Below, in pieces: positions 36,189-50,903 of a stretch of DNA of 64,000 bases (its first letter is position 1; every line of letters begins with the position of its first letter). The notes under the pieces are model-generated. The model did not search any database, was not told the DNA's origin, and saw only the letters and a program-made list of their open reading frames with translations. The DNA is from Lophium mytilinum (lineage: Eukaryota). The DNA lies in assembly GCA_010093605.1 (NCBI GenBank), contig MU004181.1:806001-870000 (forward strand), written 5' to 3'. The position numbers and the translations under genes were made by a program.

Positions 36189-39100
36189 ATGGCGACCCTT
36201 GGCGGCCTACTTCACATACCCATACCCATACCCATGCTTTTCCTATTCTGGCGCTGTGTTAGTACGATTACGAGACCCGGGTGATTGGCAGAGCTGCGAA
36301 TCCGACAGGGAAATCATGACGGCGGCGACGGCCTAGCGTGGGTTTTCTTCTCTTTTCTCATGAATTACCTCTGTACAATTAGTTTCTTACTTCGATAATG
36401 AAGCTATGGTTAAATGATCAGTGCTATCTTGTGTATACACCTGGCGTCTTCAGGACCCTTGCCATGACCAGAGCTGTATTGCCTTGAATGTTGGAAGTTT
36501 CGTTTATCTTCTTTGGAGTCCTCGCAGATTGACTACCTTCATGATGGAGATCTACTGGTCTTTGTTTCATTCAAAAGCTCGAGAGTTGAGGCTAGGTACC
36601 AGGAATTTTACCCGTGACTTGAAATTATCTCACGTGCGCGCTTAGTAACCACCCCCCTCCGACGCCTATAAAAGCCTCTCCGGCTCTGCTTTGTTTTTTC
36701 TCTTCGTGGGAGATCAAGTTTTGGGTCGGAACAACATCGCCTTCTGTAATAATTAATGGTGTCGGGTCGGTTGGGTCTGAATTTGAAAGTCCCAATGCGA
36801 AGATCGCATGGGAATCGAGCATTGGTGGTCTGAGTTCAAAACCTTCAGACGCACCGCATGATGTGGAGGATTCGGGGTGGGGGTCTGTAAAACGTGACTG
36901 CGCATCCTTTAATGTGGTGGAGCTGTCGCGGGGGTGGAGTAAAAATCACCACACAGATAACTGATGGGAAGAAGGGTGTGCTCGGGGAGGAGTTTCAGTG
37001 GATGTGGTGATGGAGGTCAATGGATTGGCTCAACGGAGGTAAGTATTGTCTTAAGAGACGTTGACTATACTGGGTTTCTTACAGTGTCGATGATGTGTCA
37101 GGGGCAAACTGGAAATTGAGCCAATCCGTAAGTGGTAGTGTTGATATTCAGCACCATCCGGCAGTGATGGCAATCAAATCTCACCGCAAGGCCACCAAAA
37201 CACCAGTTCCGCACCCAGCTCCATGTCTAGTTGCTGCCTTTTTTGATCCCATCCAAAACACCGAGACCGGCTCCAACTCCATCGCATTCTTTCACATATT
37301 TCGTTGATCTCCCCCCGAAATCCCACAAACTCCACCGACTCCATGTGGTCTACAAATCCTCAATTTTGATCCAACCCGACGAACAACCACCCCATCGGGT
37401 TGTAGTCAACTTGATTTTGATCGCCCTCCATTCAATCTCGCTCTCTGGGGTTTTGCTCCACCCCCGTCTCCATGCAAGACCATGAAAAACCCATCTGCCC
37501 CCTTCGAGCGAAAGATTTTATACCCCTTCTCGAACGCCCGTCACGTGGATCCACACCGTTCACCTGACGCAAAGCGAAAACGGAACTCAATGCGAAGACT
37601 CTGGACTCATTCATGACCGAGGTCCGGGATAGACCACGTGCAACCAACGTGACCCAGCTCCCGCGACGGTATAAAACCTTCTGACTCTGCTTTTGATTCT
37701 CAGTATGGAGGAGGGGGAGTTGGGGGATCAAAAGACGGGGAGAACCAGTCCAATGGCTCTGCTTGTGCAAACACCGGTCACTAAGAGCATTCATGTTGGT
37801 GGTGTGGCGGGAGATGAAAATAAGTCATGGAGTGGTTCGATGGTTGGAGTGTGGTTGCCGGGTGTGCAACAGTAGGCAAAGAGCGAAAGAATGTTGGGGT
37901 CGCGGTGGGGGATCAACTGTGATATGCCTCGGACCATACAGTGTTTGCGAGTGCGGTCCGTGGGGGGAAGCGATGGTGGTGTGCTTCAGGTTGGTTCGTT
38001 GATGCTGTTTGGTGGGGAAGGTTATTGCGAGAGATTGGTGTTGAATCGGAGAATAGTGAGTGTTTAGAAAGAGGACGTCCTACGCAGCTTCGATCAGGGA
38101 CCGAGATATTGATCATCATTATGAATTCTGATGGCCCCACCTCCCCCCAATCACTTCCTCTCCATGTATGAAAAGTGTTGTCCGAGTGTGTTCGGGCCCC
38201 TCTCCAGATCTCCCATCAGGCGAGAACTACGCGTGTTTTACACACTCCCACCATTGGGGGTTGTCGAATTCCCATTTGAAAGCCTGAATCCCACCCCAAG
38301 TCCACCACGCTCCATGTACGGAATGGCATATCGATTTTGATAAGTCTCCCACAAGACAAGCACAAGCCCATAAAATGTTTGAGATTAAGGGTTGCATCGC
38401 ATACCCAAGAAACTGACCGACCTCTGACTAAAGGAAAGAGTCCAGTGATGAGGAAGCTTTTATACCCTCAGAAGGAAGAACTTTAGTCTAGCACGTGATA
38501 CAGCTGATAAGCACATGCCACTAATTCACCTGCCCGTGTTCTCACATGCAGAGGAGAAACAAGCATCTAGCTAGTATATCGAAGACATGTGACGAAGCTT
38601 TGGCAAACAGATGTTTTGAGAAGACAATAGAATAGTGGTAGAACATTAAATCTGCTCGCGCACGTTGCGTAATCTATGTATCCCCTTTATCTTGTGTATA
38701 CCATACCATCTAATCCGTCGGGTCGATAATCGATATCTTCAATCACCCTCATTCTCAGAGAAAGATAGAAGCAATCGACAGTAGGTACCAGCTACATAAG
38801 AGACCAAACATCATTAGTTCCTAAACTCCTTCGCAATGAAATAAGGACAACTGGGTAGGGATATCTGATACAAAGATAGGAAGTAGCAAAGAAAGGGAAA
38901 CTGTGTCCCTTGAGGAAGATCGTCAAGGAAAGTCGTGAAATTTATATACAAGAGGTCTGGGTTTCGTTGAAATATTGGGATAGGAATGTTAGGCGAGTTG
39001 ACTCCGTTGAAGGAAGAGTGGCAGTCCGAACCCGTCTAGGGTATCCTAGACGGCTATCATGCATTCTCAATTAAAGGTATTCAGGTCTTTGGAGAGGGCT

Positions 39101-39538
39101 AGGCGAGTGTGCAAAGGCCTAGAAAGCGAATTGGAGAGCTGAACCACAGCGGTGGTCGGGAAGAAAGGTTGGCAACGACGTCCAAGAAGGTAAGATCCAG
39201 ACACAAACAGCAAGGACGAAAGAGACCTCGGAATATCTTTCGGACGATGAGAATAAAGGGTGATGATGCAGGACGTCATGCAACCCCGCGAACCACTCAT
39301 TAGCTCGCGGACAGGCCTCCGCAGGAAATAGTTGACGAGGCCTCCACACCAAATCGACAGCTGCCAAACTCGATCCGCAGTCCACTTTTTCTCCAGACAG
39401 ATCCAGCCAGGCCCTAGCGCTACCACCATCTCGGGTTCAGATGGGCAGATTACCACTTCATGCAAAAATGACAGATTTCAGCCCAATGTCCCTTCTTTCA
39501 CATGCCTAACGTGGTGGGACATGAGATTGTAGCTCGGC

Positions 39539-39967
39539 TCACAACTCTACGCCCTCCATATCCCGCATCAGCACTGCCATCTGGGCGCGTTTCGCCGCTT
39601 CCGCGACAAGGGCGTACTCGGAAAGCAGGTTCTTCGTCTCGCCGTTTGTGCGGCCGGCACCGTCGCGGTTGGGGCGGTAGTCGAAACTTGACTGTCTTTG
39701 CTCAGCGGCGTACTGCGGCTGCTGTGGTTGCTGAGACTGATTGTAGGAGGCCTGCTGTTGCTGCGGTCTTATCGCGCCGAAGAAAGGTTGCTGCGATTGC
39801 TGTGCTGATGGTGAAGGCATCGGAGCGGACGAGGAGGAGGGCGCTGTGAGGGAAGAGAGGGAGCTGCAGCTCTGGAAGGCAGAGCTGGACGCGCTGGATG
39901 GTGCGTTGGAGGACTGGAGGTGCGGGTAGGCTGGGCGAGTAAAGGGACTTGGGACGGTTGAGGACAT
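39539..39967 (-). CDS. Small S/Q-rich conserved hypothetical protein
   Basis: 142-aa ORF ending in a motif I recall from filamentous fungi, LVAEAAKRAQMAVLMRDMEGVEL. Confidence 0.7.
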   Translation of the reverse strand: MSSTVPSPFTRPAYPHLQSSNAPSSASSSAFQSCSSLSSLTAPSSSSAPMPSPSAQQSQQPFFGAIRPQQQQASYNQSQQPQQPQYAAEQRQSSFDYRPNRDGAGRTNGETKNLLSEYALVAEAAKRAQMAVLMRDMEGVEL

Positions 39968-41014
39968 GTTGTGAGGTATGGCTGATTTGGTTCCCGTGGG
40001 CGAGGTCGAAGCTTAGAGCTGTCGGAGAGATGAAGAGATCTTCTTTCAGGTTCCAGGTGTCAGACTGTGGTGGCAGGTGGTGGTGTGGTATGTGGGGGTA
40101 GTATTTTCTGTGGAGGTGAATAGTGGGGTGGGTATATGAGCTGGCTGATGGAGCTTGAGACGGATCAGACAGCGTCCAGAGAGGATCTGGATGGGGAACG
40201 GAGCAAGAGAGACGGGCACGGAGAGAGGTAGGGAGTTGCAGTGTGGCAAGAAGGAAATATCTGGTGTCTCTGTCGCACGGCTAATGACACCGGGAGCTTT
40301 ACCGGACGCTCTTTGATGAGAGGCCGCGAGCTCATCCGAGGCTGCGTCACGCCGCCGCACGCCGTCCCGACTCGGCAAGACGGGCAGCGCGCGCCTTTCC
40401 CAGCACTGCAACCCGGGCGCCCTGAGTGTGCGATCAGCAGCGACAACCACGCCAACCTCCGCAAACAGCTGGAGATTCTGGGGATGAGGTGAGACTCAGG
40501 AGGGAGCGGATCGCAAGCCCGAACCGGACGACAGCAGCCCGTTCCAAGAGCGCGGAGGCGCGCTTCGGGGGCTGCTATACTGAGGGCTCTTGGCCTGAAT
40601 AGAATTGGGATTATGCACCAGTAGCGATGGGCAGATGCGGCTATAGAAGGCGGTAACACTGTGATAGCGGTAGCTCTTTTACGCAGACCTATATTCCGGA
40701 CATTCGACGATTCAAGTGCATACGAATGGCTATTACTCTGTGAAGTGGCTCAATACCAAGGGTCTACTGATTATCTAGTGACGGAAAAGAATCTATCATG
40801 TGGAACAATCTACTGATCTATGTGCACCTCAAGCGACGTTATTCTGCAGTTGTGAATGAGCTTGTGAAAGCCCAATGCGGCCAGGTTACTAGCCCCCCAC
40901 TTCGGGCGGCCTGCCCCGCCAAATCTGTGGTGTTCCGCCCGTGATACCGAGGAAAATTATTGAAGCGCAGACACGGAGCCGCCTCGAAATCTCCAGCTGC
41001 TGAACGTCGCAGCC

Positions 41015-42089
41015 ATGCCGGTGAGTACGCTTCTCTATTACTCCGTGTGTATCGGGAGCAGCTAGTCCGGGGATCCACGCTGATCGACCGAACAGCTCGT
41101 CCTCATCTCAGGCTACCCGTCGTCCGGCAAAACACAGCGCGCTCGCCAGCTACAGGCCTTCTTCGCGCAGAAGATTGAACAGGCTGCCGATTCTAGAGTC
41201 GCCCGACTCAAGCTCCATCTCATCAACGACCAGACCCTCGGCGTGGCTCGCGAGGTCTACCATACCGCCAAGGTAGAGAAGGATGCGCGTGCCGAGGAGT
41301 ACTCGGCCATCAAGCGCGTGCTGTCTCGGGACGACATAGTCATAGCGGATGGCATGAACTATATCAAGGGCTTCCGCTACCAGCTCTTCTGCGAGGCGAA
41401 GGCCGTCCAGACGCCCAGCTGTGTTGTACGTGTCGTCTGTCTTGGTCCCAGCAGCTCAAGCTGACATCCCAGAGGTGCATATAGGAACCCCCATCGAAAA
41501 GTGCAGGGACATAAATAAGAAGCTCCTGGCTGATAGAGACACCGATGGCGGATACGTGGAGGAAGACTTCGAGAATCTGATATTCCGATACGAGGAACCC
41601 AATGGCATGACCCGCTGGGACAGTCCGCTGTTCACAGTCCTCGACGAAGACGACACCCCTCCTTTCGACCAGATATGGGAAGCCATGGTAGGAAGTGACG
41701 GCAAGACGAAAGTAGTGAGACAGAACCTGGCTACTGTGCTGGTCAGTAGTCCCACAATTAAACTTCTACCTACCGTCAGCTAGGTACTGACTCTAAGCCA
41801 TTAGAAACCTGCCACGGAGCAGAACTACCTCTACGAACTCGACAAATCCACCTCGGACGTCCTCTCCCAAATCCAAACATGGCAAAAGGACCACCCAGGC
41901 GAAGAAGGCGGCACTATTCCCCTCCCAGACATTGGGAAGTTCATCGAGCTCCCAGCTTCGACTACGACACTCCCCCAACTTCAGCGCATTCGGCGGCAGT
42001 TCATTTCGATGAACCGGCAGCATTCGCTCTCGAAGGCACGGGTGAAGGACCTCTTCGTCGACTACCTGAACGATCAGTTCTTGCAATAA
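41015..42089 (+). CDS. KTI12: Elongator-associated P-loop protein Kti12 (4 exons)
   Basis: MP/LVLISGYPSSGKT, IVIADGMNYIKGFRYQLFCEAK, RYEEPNGMTRWDSPLF, YLYELDKST, LPQLQRIRRQF. Confidence 0.93.
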
Positions 42090-44649
42090 TGCAGCACTAT
42101 GACATTAGTTTGTGGACGCTGTTTTGACGCGGTTTGAAGTGCTTCAAGAAGCTTTCGGCAATAGAAAGAAGCCTCAGATCTATCTTTACCAGGCCTGAAA
42201 CCTAGCCGAGCTAACTCCGACGGTAGTAGAAGGATGCACACAGATTGAATCTGTGCACTATTGTTTCGGTTCCCATCAGTACGTTGAAGCACCACAACTG
42301 GTGTCAAAAGGCGTATGCAAATTCCATCCTAGTACTGCACCACAGCACTGGATTGGCCTGCTCCCTCGAGTTACACTAACGAATTCGAACCCACTGCGCG
42401 ACCTGAATAAATAATCCCCAGACCCCGGACGCAATGCTGTGGGATCAAACGCGTCTTTACCAACATATGCATCACGATAATTTCCCGCCCGCAAAGTCTG
42501 CAAGGGAGCAGCTCCTCAAGCTATGCGTCGGAGAGAGTTGCCTTTTAAATCCAAAGGATCAAAATTTAGAGGGATCCCCAGTCTTCGACCCCAGGGCTGA
42601 ACCTAGGCCAGAATTGTCAGCGTTACGAAGAATTTGTTGGTGGCGGATGTCGCCGCATCATGGATGGCGTGACACAACATCAAAACAAAAGCCTGGGAAA
42701 GGGTCTGGACAATGCCCTGTAAGGCCCCTTCCCGGGAATGATAATGGCAGTGAATTTCGGCACTTGGGATGCTAAGTAAGGGCTTCTAGGAAAGTAAATA
42801 CGTAGGTATCTGGGGGTGAGGTTTTCCCTCTACCGAAATGCCGATGAGACTTGAAAGGAATCGGAATATATCATCCACAACACGGAATATACTTTACCTA
42901 TATGTCTGATTCAATCTCTACAGCTTGAACTCCCCTCTTCTCCACAATCCAGCAACTCAATAATCCCCACAGCCCACGTTCTTGTCCTCCCCACCACGAT
43001 CCCCAGACCCAGGTCTCGACACCTCAAAAGCAGGCCATGATCGTACGACCGTGGCCCAGCCCGACGACCGCCCAGAGCCCTACCACTCTAATCCACGTGG
43101 AGATCTCAACCGCTCGCTATCTCGCTATCTCGCTCGAGCATACCTGATCTCACCGATCATGCATCTAGGATTCTCAACAGTCTCAGAATAACCAAGCTGC
43201 CTGCGCGTCTTCAATGGTCGCTGCACATCTTTCCACCAATCAGCTGTTCTTACGTGCTGACCTCAACACGCCCTCTCCAAGCCAAGGATATCGCATCCAC
43301 ACGCGTGGTTTCTTTCACGCTTCGTGGAAAACCAGGTGGGTAGGTAGGACCTCCCAAATCAGTCCTCTTCATCTTTCCTCCTACGTATCAAAAAAATCAA
43401 AGAGAAAAACCCCTCACGCGACGTCCTGCACTCTCCACCCTGCCACGCATCCAGTAATCCAGTTCCATCTCGCTTCCCCTCCCCACAGCCCCACCATCTG
43501 CATCTCGCACCACGCCCACTCCTTCCCCATTCCAGACTCTCTATAATCGCTACGAAGTCTTAAAACCTTCAAAAACCCCCCTCACGTGCTCCTCCATTCC
43601 GCCACTAGCCCTCCCCGACCTCCGACCCTCCGCCCCGGGCGAATGGGGAGTGATCGTCGCGAGTCAGCGGAATTACGCCCGCCCCGACGCCACGTGGAGA
43701 TCTCGTCTGTCTCTTGCCGCATCGCGCCTAGCGCGTGAGATTGGGGCAGCTAGAGCGCTTGCGATTGCTTGGAGTCGGTGATCGCAAAAGCCTTGATACC
43801 AGTAAGCGAGCGTGATGCGACTCAGGGTGGAGCATAGCGGCGCTACTATTCCGCCGCGCGCGACGTATCCACCGAGGTTGTGCCGGGGCTAGAAAAAGGT
43901 GCGTCCGGGTTGATGGATGAGGCTGAGGGGGGCGGTGAGATTGGGTGAGGGAATGATTGTGCATGGAGGCGTTTTGCGTTGGGGAGAGGGGATGGGTGAG
44001 CGGGAGTCAGGGACGGCATTGGATTAAGGTTTCGCGCGGCGACATGGAGAGCCAATGATAGGGTTTGAGATGTGGAAAAGCAAGTTTTGATTGTCTTGAT
44101 AGTGGCTATTTTGGGGGGATGGTGCTGGATAGCGATAGAGTTTGAACGCCGTGGGCTACAGGGGGAATACAGAGGGGTACAGAGGTCTGTTGACGACGAA
44201 AGAGAGCTACGGTGGGTCAAGGGAACGTGGGCGTAGAGACACCCCGTGAATCCGGGGCTAAGGAGACGAAAACGAAAAGGAGACAGCACGGTGGTATCTT
44301 CCCCAAAACCCGCGACAGAGGAACGAAAGAGGATATCAGGAGATTATGAACAGACGAATTAGATAGTGGAAACAAAATGTACTTGGTAGCAACCAATGGA
44401 AACGACTCAGACTCTCAACATAGAGTTGGTTAGATCCAATAAAAATATAGCAAAATTGCTCCAGAACCATCCCCTCCCCACAAAACCCCCCTAGCAAAAC
44501 ACCAGATCCCAGGAAAGATGTGAGGGTTTCCAGACAACACAACCCTACACTAGTGGTATACCCATCATGTCGCGTAACACCTTCGTACTCCTCTAAACCC
44601 AGCTTAAACCCTCTCTCCTCTGTTGGTCCTTTTTTGATATACTTACTCC

Positions 44650-47435
44650 TTAGATCCCATAGTTCCTGTCCAGCCCCGTCTCCGGAATCATGATCCCGTG
44701 AAACACCTGCTCCCCACCAGCCTGCGTCCCAAACTCACAATTCCCGAAATCCTCGCCGCTCGTTAGGCTCTCGTCGCTGAAGCTCAGCACACTCTGCGGC
44801 GGCTGCTGCGCGCCCATGTCGCCGAGGCCCCAGACGCCCGGCGCCCACGCGAGGTGCGCCTCCGCGCCTGCGCTGAGCGGGGGGACGTCGAGGAGTCCGT
44901 CGACAGGCGGGCCGCCGTAGATGGTGTCGTAGATATTCGTCTGGCCGTTGTCGAGGGAGGAGAGCAGGCGCTCCCAGTCGGTTGGCGAGACCTCGGATTT
45001 ACCGCCGATTGTGGCGGTGAACGGGTACGATGATAGAGGGTCTTGTGCGAAAGAGAGGTAGTCGAGGTTCGGGTTTTGGCGGAGGGCGCTGGTGCTGGGG
45101 CTGGCAGAGGGACGGCGCTTGGAGTTGTTAGACGGGATGGAGCTGCGGTGGGTGAGGGGGCTCATTGTGGGCTCGGAACGGGCGTGGCCTTGTTCGGAGC
45201 GGATTGAAGAGATACTGGAGGAGGATTGGTTGGTGTGCTGGGTCATTGAGGGAGTGATGGTGGCCAGGGTGGCGCGGCGGGATTCGTTGGAGCCGTTGCG
45301 GATATGTTTTGGGGTAAAGCGAGAGGCAATGGCTTTTAGGTGCTTTTGGGTAGCCCTGAATGTGTCTACAGGAGCAGGCATGTTGCCTTCGGAGTTGTGG
45401 CGGGATAACGAGATGGGCAGAGCTTTCTCTGCGCGGGGAACAGACACCATGGAGCAGCCTACGCGACGGAAGTCTGCCGCACCGGTCGCTGAGTTGCGGT
45501 CAAGCATCTCGATGACAGAGCATACTGTCCTCTGGCAGTCCTTGATTAGCTTGCCATCTTGGCTCAGAGTCAGGGTCTGGAACAGGAGACCAAATCCGGC
45601 CTGGACAAGGACCTCGTTCCGGTTGAGGCAGAATGAGAAGCTGAGGTTTCGCTCGTCCAGCAGCTGAACAATCTGTACGATGCTCTTGCTAGAGTCCGCA
45701 ACAGCAACAAGAGCCGATGATCCTCGGTCACCAATATTGGCAAGAACCGCTGGGCGATATACTAGCGAGCGAATATGGTGATATGCGAGCGACTGTCGAA
45801 TGTTAGCTGCGTGTTCCAGAAGTCACTGGCATGTGACACGTACCAGAATCGGCGACCGGCTACTCGTCACGTTCGTGCTCGGCTTATCCTGTTGGAAGTG
45901 TAGTCTGAGATGAGGAGCGAGGTTGTTCAACCAGTCCTCGAGCTCGTCGGCAAGCGACGTTAGTGCGCGGAAAGAGATTTCATGTGACGCCGACGCAGGG
46001 TAGAGTTCCTGGAGGGTTTTGGCGAGCACGCGAGTTACTCGGAACAGCGCGAGAGCACTGGAGAGTTTCGTAAATTCGCCGGGTAAAGTTGGCAAAAAGC
46101 CCTTCTCCGTGACATATTCGTCATCGGCATCCGCCGGGTACTCGCACTCGACATCTTCTTCCCGGAGTAGTTTGGGCAGTCCGAGATGCGCGGCGGAAAA
46201 GCTTTGAAAATTAGCGACAAGCCCCCAAAACTGGGGAAGATGCGTTCCTACCAATCGACCGTGTACAAGGTCCAGAACACCTTCTTTCTAGTCTCGCTAG
46301 TCAGAGCACCAAGCGCGAACCGTTTTTGGGACTGGTGAAGGCCTAAGCGTTGAGCCAGACTGACAGCCAGCCCCTTATACTTGAGAAGCCTGCCGAAATC
46401 GGACCGCAGGAGACTGTGGATTTGCGCAAGAATAAGGCATTGCAGTGTCTGCATGCAATTATCCATCAAAAACGAATCGAGCGCACTCTGCCACTGCGAC
46501 TCAAACGAGTCGAAGTCTTGACCCTCATGTGACTGTGAAAATTAGTAAGAGCTTTCACTATAAGCGACTGGTAACTTACATCGCTTGACAGTGCCGCGAT
46601 GCCAAATACCAAGTTAAGTTGCGCGATTGACTTTTTGTCGGTCATCGTTTCGGGGCTCGTGACGTACTTCTCGTACAAGTGGAGGAAAGTCGGCCGGTGG
46701 AGAACCGGGAACAGCGGCGCCCACTCTTGGAAGAAAATGTTGATCATCTGGTCAGACACCAGACGCGGCGGCGCTTTCCAGGAAACTGTGCGTTCTCGTG
46801 AATTGCTCGCTGATTCTTTCGAACCGTTGCCGAAAAAGGCTCCAGAGTGGATGTCTGCACATGGACGGCCTGTTTCTTGCACCTTGTGCTTGAAGGCGTC
46901 TACTGCTAGTTAGAATGCGACCTGAAAGACTGTTCCTGATAAGCATACCAATGAGTGTCCTCCCGCTTGATGTTCCAACGAAAAACGAATCGCAGTTCTC
47001 ATCGTCCAACAGCAGCGGGCTCTGCTGCACCTTGAACACGTCCTCTTTGTCGACCGTCTCTTCCCGACTTTCCATCTCTGGGCTTGTCGACGGCCTCCTC
47101 GGACTCAGCACCGGCTGCGGCGAATGTGAATGTATCCGGCTCAACATATCGATCTTCTCATCTTTCTCGTCGAGCAAATCCTTCAACTCCCTCACTTCGG
47201 CCTCGAGTGCCCTTACTCTCTCCTCTAATGACTCAGTGTATCCTCTCGGGAAGGCTCTGCGGCTCAGCTTGTCGCTCGTCTTGCACTCGAAGCCGACATT
47301 GACGCACTGCGAGCAGCTCGGGCGGATGCCGTCGCAGCGTATCTTTTTGGAGCGGCAGCGGTCGCAGGCCTGCGCGATGCGGGCCTGGGCGCTGCTCCCG
47401 ACCTTGATGACCTTCATGGGGAGAATGCCGGGCAT
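44650..47435 (-). CDS. facB: Zn(II)2Cys6 acetate-utilisation regulator FacB/Acu-15 (Cat8 family), multi-exon
   Basis: [62 protein letters not shown]; middle homology region ([16 protein letters not shown]); [18 protein letters not shown]. Confidence 0.92.
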
Positions 47436-49084
47436 GTTGGCGGTCGACGGGCGGATAGTGCGGTATATATGGCGCTCAGAAGAGTGAGTGCGTGGTTTAG
47501 TCCCGCAGGACGTCGGGTGAAAGTGCGGTAATTCGGCAGAGCACCATTCAGCGGTTCCGGGGGGCTGACGCGTGCGTTATTCGACGGTTATCGTGATAAA
47601 ATTGTGGTGTTGGGGCAAGAATATCGTGTGGTGAGGTGTGCGAAATGGGATGGGAGAAGGTATGTAGCAGATCAGGCGAGCACGAAACGGCGCTGGTGCA
47701 GCGCATATGAGTACGGGCTGGCTTCTTGTGGCGGGAGAGGGTTCAGCGGAGGAGCCGGCGGCGTCGTTGTGCACGCCTTACCCAGAGTGCGCTGGGTCGT
47801 TCAGCACCCCAGGAATGCATCACTTCGCGGGGAAAAGGGCCTTCTGCAGGCTGCGAATCAGCACACCCCCATTGCTGGCCCGCCCAACGTGCCCTCCCGT
47901 TCCTTTTTCGTCGCCAGAGCCCGGTCGCCTGCTGCCCCAGACTACTGCACCCTCCTCCAGGTCTCCGCAGCCTCTCCGCGTTTGGCCCTGCCGCACCCTC
48001 GAATGTGTTCCAGCGCCGAAACACGAGGCGCCGCGGCCACCCACGCTGGGGTTTTGCGGGGAAGCACCTGATGGGCTTGAAGAGACGGCGGGGAGCCGGT
48101 AATACTGGCTTTGTCCATCTCGATAGTGTCCCCATTTGCATCGTCATACACCAGATCTGCCGTCCTAGCTCTGGTAGCAGGCAAGAGGAAGCAGCTCCGA
48201 TCGAGAAAGAGGACATTCAGTTGGCCAGCCATGACAGCTGCGCGGGGCAAGGATTAGCCCCGTAAAGGGGTTGCCGCCAATGCTCACTGCGCCCATATGA
48301 CTTCCATCATGAAGCCACTTTGGGCCACTGTCCTGGGATGATTACGTCCTGCGCCGAATCACCTCGTTTGAGACCCTGCGCCGCGCGCCTTTCCAGAAGG
48401 TCGAGCAGGCCAGTATGGGCGAGGCCACGACCGTGCAGGTGAACACACGAGATGGCACCATCCTGGAAGCAAGTTGGGCCGGTGGGCTGCCCCACAACCA
48501 GCCAAGCCTGCCAGCGCGGAGTAACTCTTGAAATGTGGAGGTAGCTGCTCCGCCGTGTTGGGTCACTGAGATGTCGAAAGAAAGTTCAGGAATTTGGATG
48601 AAAGGTTAGTGCAAGGTCCGTGTATGTATAGTATCTCAGCGAGTGATAGCTGCTCGGAAGGGCGGCCAGTAGAGCCGGCTGACTGTTATCGCCCTTCATC
48701 ATGTTGGAGACGTGCGTTGGAGACGTGCAATCAAGGATGGAATTGCGAGGTGGGATCCACAGCGCCCAAGATCTTGTGTCTGCACCCGATCGCTGCAGGC
48801 ACCCCTCATGTAGATTCAGGAGAACTGCTGTGGAGCCAACTCCGGCGATAGATAGTCGGACTGATGAGGATCGTCATATATCTTCGCATTCATCTACCAC
48901 CGGTGGTATACATGCACCCGTTAGTCTCCGAAACGAATGAAAAAGTTAGTGTTCGGCCGATGAGAATAGTCGGGCGATGTGTGTATATGTTCGGTGAGGT
49001 GTCATGATAAGTGCTTGTGATATTCTCGAACAGCCGTAGCTATTGCTTTTCTACCGAAAGCAATTCTCTAATAAGCAGAACTGC

Positions 49085-50903
49085 CTAAGTAAAATCTTCT
49101 TCTGCGGCCTCGTCATCGTCTAGGTCGAGATAATCCCTGACGACCTTTGATTGAACGAGGACAAGTTTCTGTATGTGTTCCACCGTCAGTGGCTTCCTCG
49201 GAGTTCGGAGAGCAGGATGCGGGGAAGATGGTGTCGGGAACAAGCGAACACATCAGCGTTGCCTGGTCTGGGGGTGGCAACCGCATGTATCTCTAGGGTT
49301 TGGATATCGCAGATGACGTACCTGGTCTTCGAGGTCTCCGTAGGCTCTCTCTAACAATGCTAGTTCGAGTTCGCGAAGTCGCCCGGCTAGCTTCCACGGC
49401 ATGTCTCTAATGGCGTCTCCTCTTTCGGGATCAACCATCTCGTAGAGCGTCTGAATTTGGGTTTCGACGCGGCCTTGCAGAATGGCAACCGCCCGCAATT
49501 GGTAGACGTCCCAAAGTGCTTCCTTTTGTAAAAGGCCTCTTAGATCTGCAGTGTCAGCCAGCTCTTCGCCTTTCCAAAGAGACTTCATCTCCAATTTGCC
49601 GTCGATTGTCTGCAAAAAGTTGATGCCGAGACCATCCTCTTCATTGATGCAGACCAGCCAAATGAAATCGCTTTCCCAGCCTGTGCGATCACCTTTATCG
49701 AACAGTCGAAATCCCGGTGCAGCGGTACTGACAACTAGCTTCGCTGCCCGAAGAGGGTCATCGTCTGGTATGGTGAGATCAATGAACATAACCCTCGCAG
49801 AGTCCATGGAGTCTTCTATGAATCCATATGAGAATATCATTTCGCACGCTCCTTTTTCGTCGCCATACCTAAGTTTGTCAGCTATCGTATCTCGTACAGG
49901 TACCGTCCCTTACGTGATGGTTATCTCCTCGTCTTTCTTGATAGTTTTGCCGTCGCGCAATATCAGCACTCCGTTTCCATCCTCGTCCTTTTCGTAGAGT
50001 GCGGCTGTCGCATCACCAGATGAATGATTCGCCATATCGACGCAAGGAACCATACAATCTCCTATGCCAGGGAATTCGAGGGCCCTAGATCGATACATTG
50101 CATCGACTTGCATCCAGTCGTCGAAAGTAATCAGGCCGTCGTCTTCATCCCACCAATACTTTCGACACCATTCGATATCAGCTGTGGCAGTCCGAACTTC
50201 TTCAAATTCCCGAAGTAGACTGTTCAGCTTTGCATTGATAGCTGATTTCAGTGTGGTTCCTAAGAGCAGTTCATGTTCGTCTTCGGTCCAGAACGTGGGT
50301 AGGAGCTCCTCAGGAAGAAATTTGATATATCTGTAAAACTCTCAGCCGCATGTTGATACACTCGAATACCAAATGCCGTACTCTGTCAGTGGACATGGCA
50401 CTCCCATACTCTCCGCTATATCTGGACATGATATTGAAGCTTGAAAGAGGAGGAACACCAATATGGCGCCTCTAGCAGTCTAAAATTGACGTCAGGTCTG
50501 ACTTTTGGCAAATTTAATTATCGCGATATTGACGTTGGTCATGGTAGTAAGATGTCTAGGAGATTGTAGGGGTTGAAGTTATGAATCTTGACGTGAATGA
50601 GAACGAACCTACCCTTCCGAACTGGCCTAAGGAGTCAAGGAGTTCTTTCAATTGCTGGTCAGCCTTTGCCGATACATTTACGCCTTCTAGGGAGAGTATC
50701 AGATCCGTGGGCACAACCACAAGAGATGGCCCTTTGCCTGCAGCCAATTCTCGCTCTGCTATAATAGTAGACCCACGGTCCTCAAATCCAGGCAATGGCC
50801 CTATCTTGATGCCGTTGAATGAGACGCCATTGAACTCTGCCCATGGCCGAAACTCGGAAATGGGGCGTCTGAGCCAGCCTTGTAGGCGCCCTCTTCGAAT
50901 CAT
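49085..50903 (-). CDS. SET-domain protein lysine methyltransferase (Rubisco-LSMT/Rkm-like), multi-exon
   Basis: LPTFWTE, YRSRALE..MVPCVDMANHS, EEITIT/YG..EMIFSYGF; last exon KLVLVQSKVVRDYL..EEDFT*. Confidence 0.85.

Noticed and set aside
36400..39000. Possible ncRNA or inverted repeat in the long intergenic region
   Set aside because: C-rich and G-rich blocks are present, but I could not verify exact inverted arms, a tRNA cloverleaf or snoRNA boxes
42100..44600. Short ORFs between KTI12 and facB
   Set aside because: No conserved motifs or splice-supported model
47577..48940. Overlapping GC-rich ORFs upstream of facB
   Set aside because: Expected by chance in a GC-rich promoter or 5' UTR; no domain features
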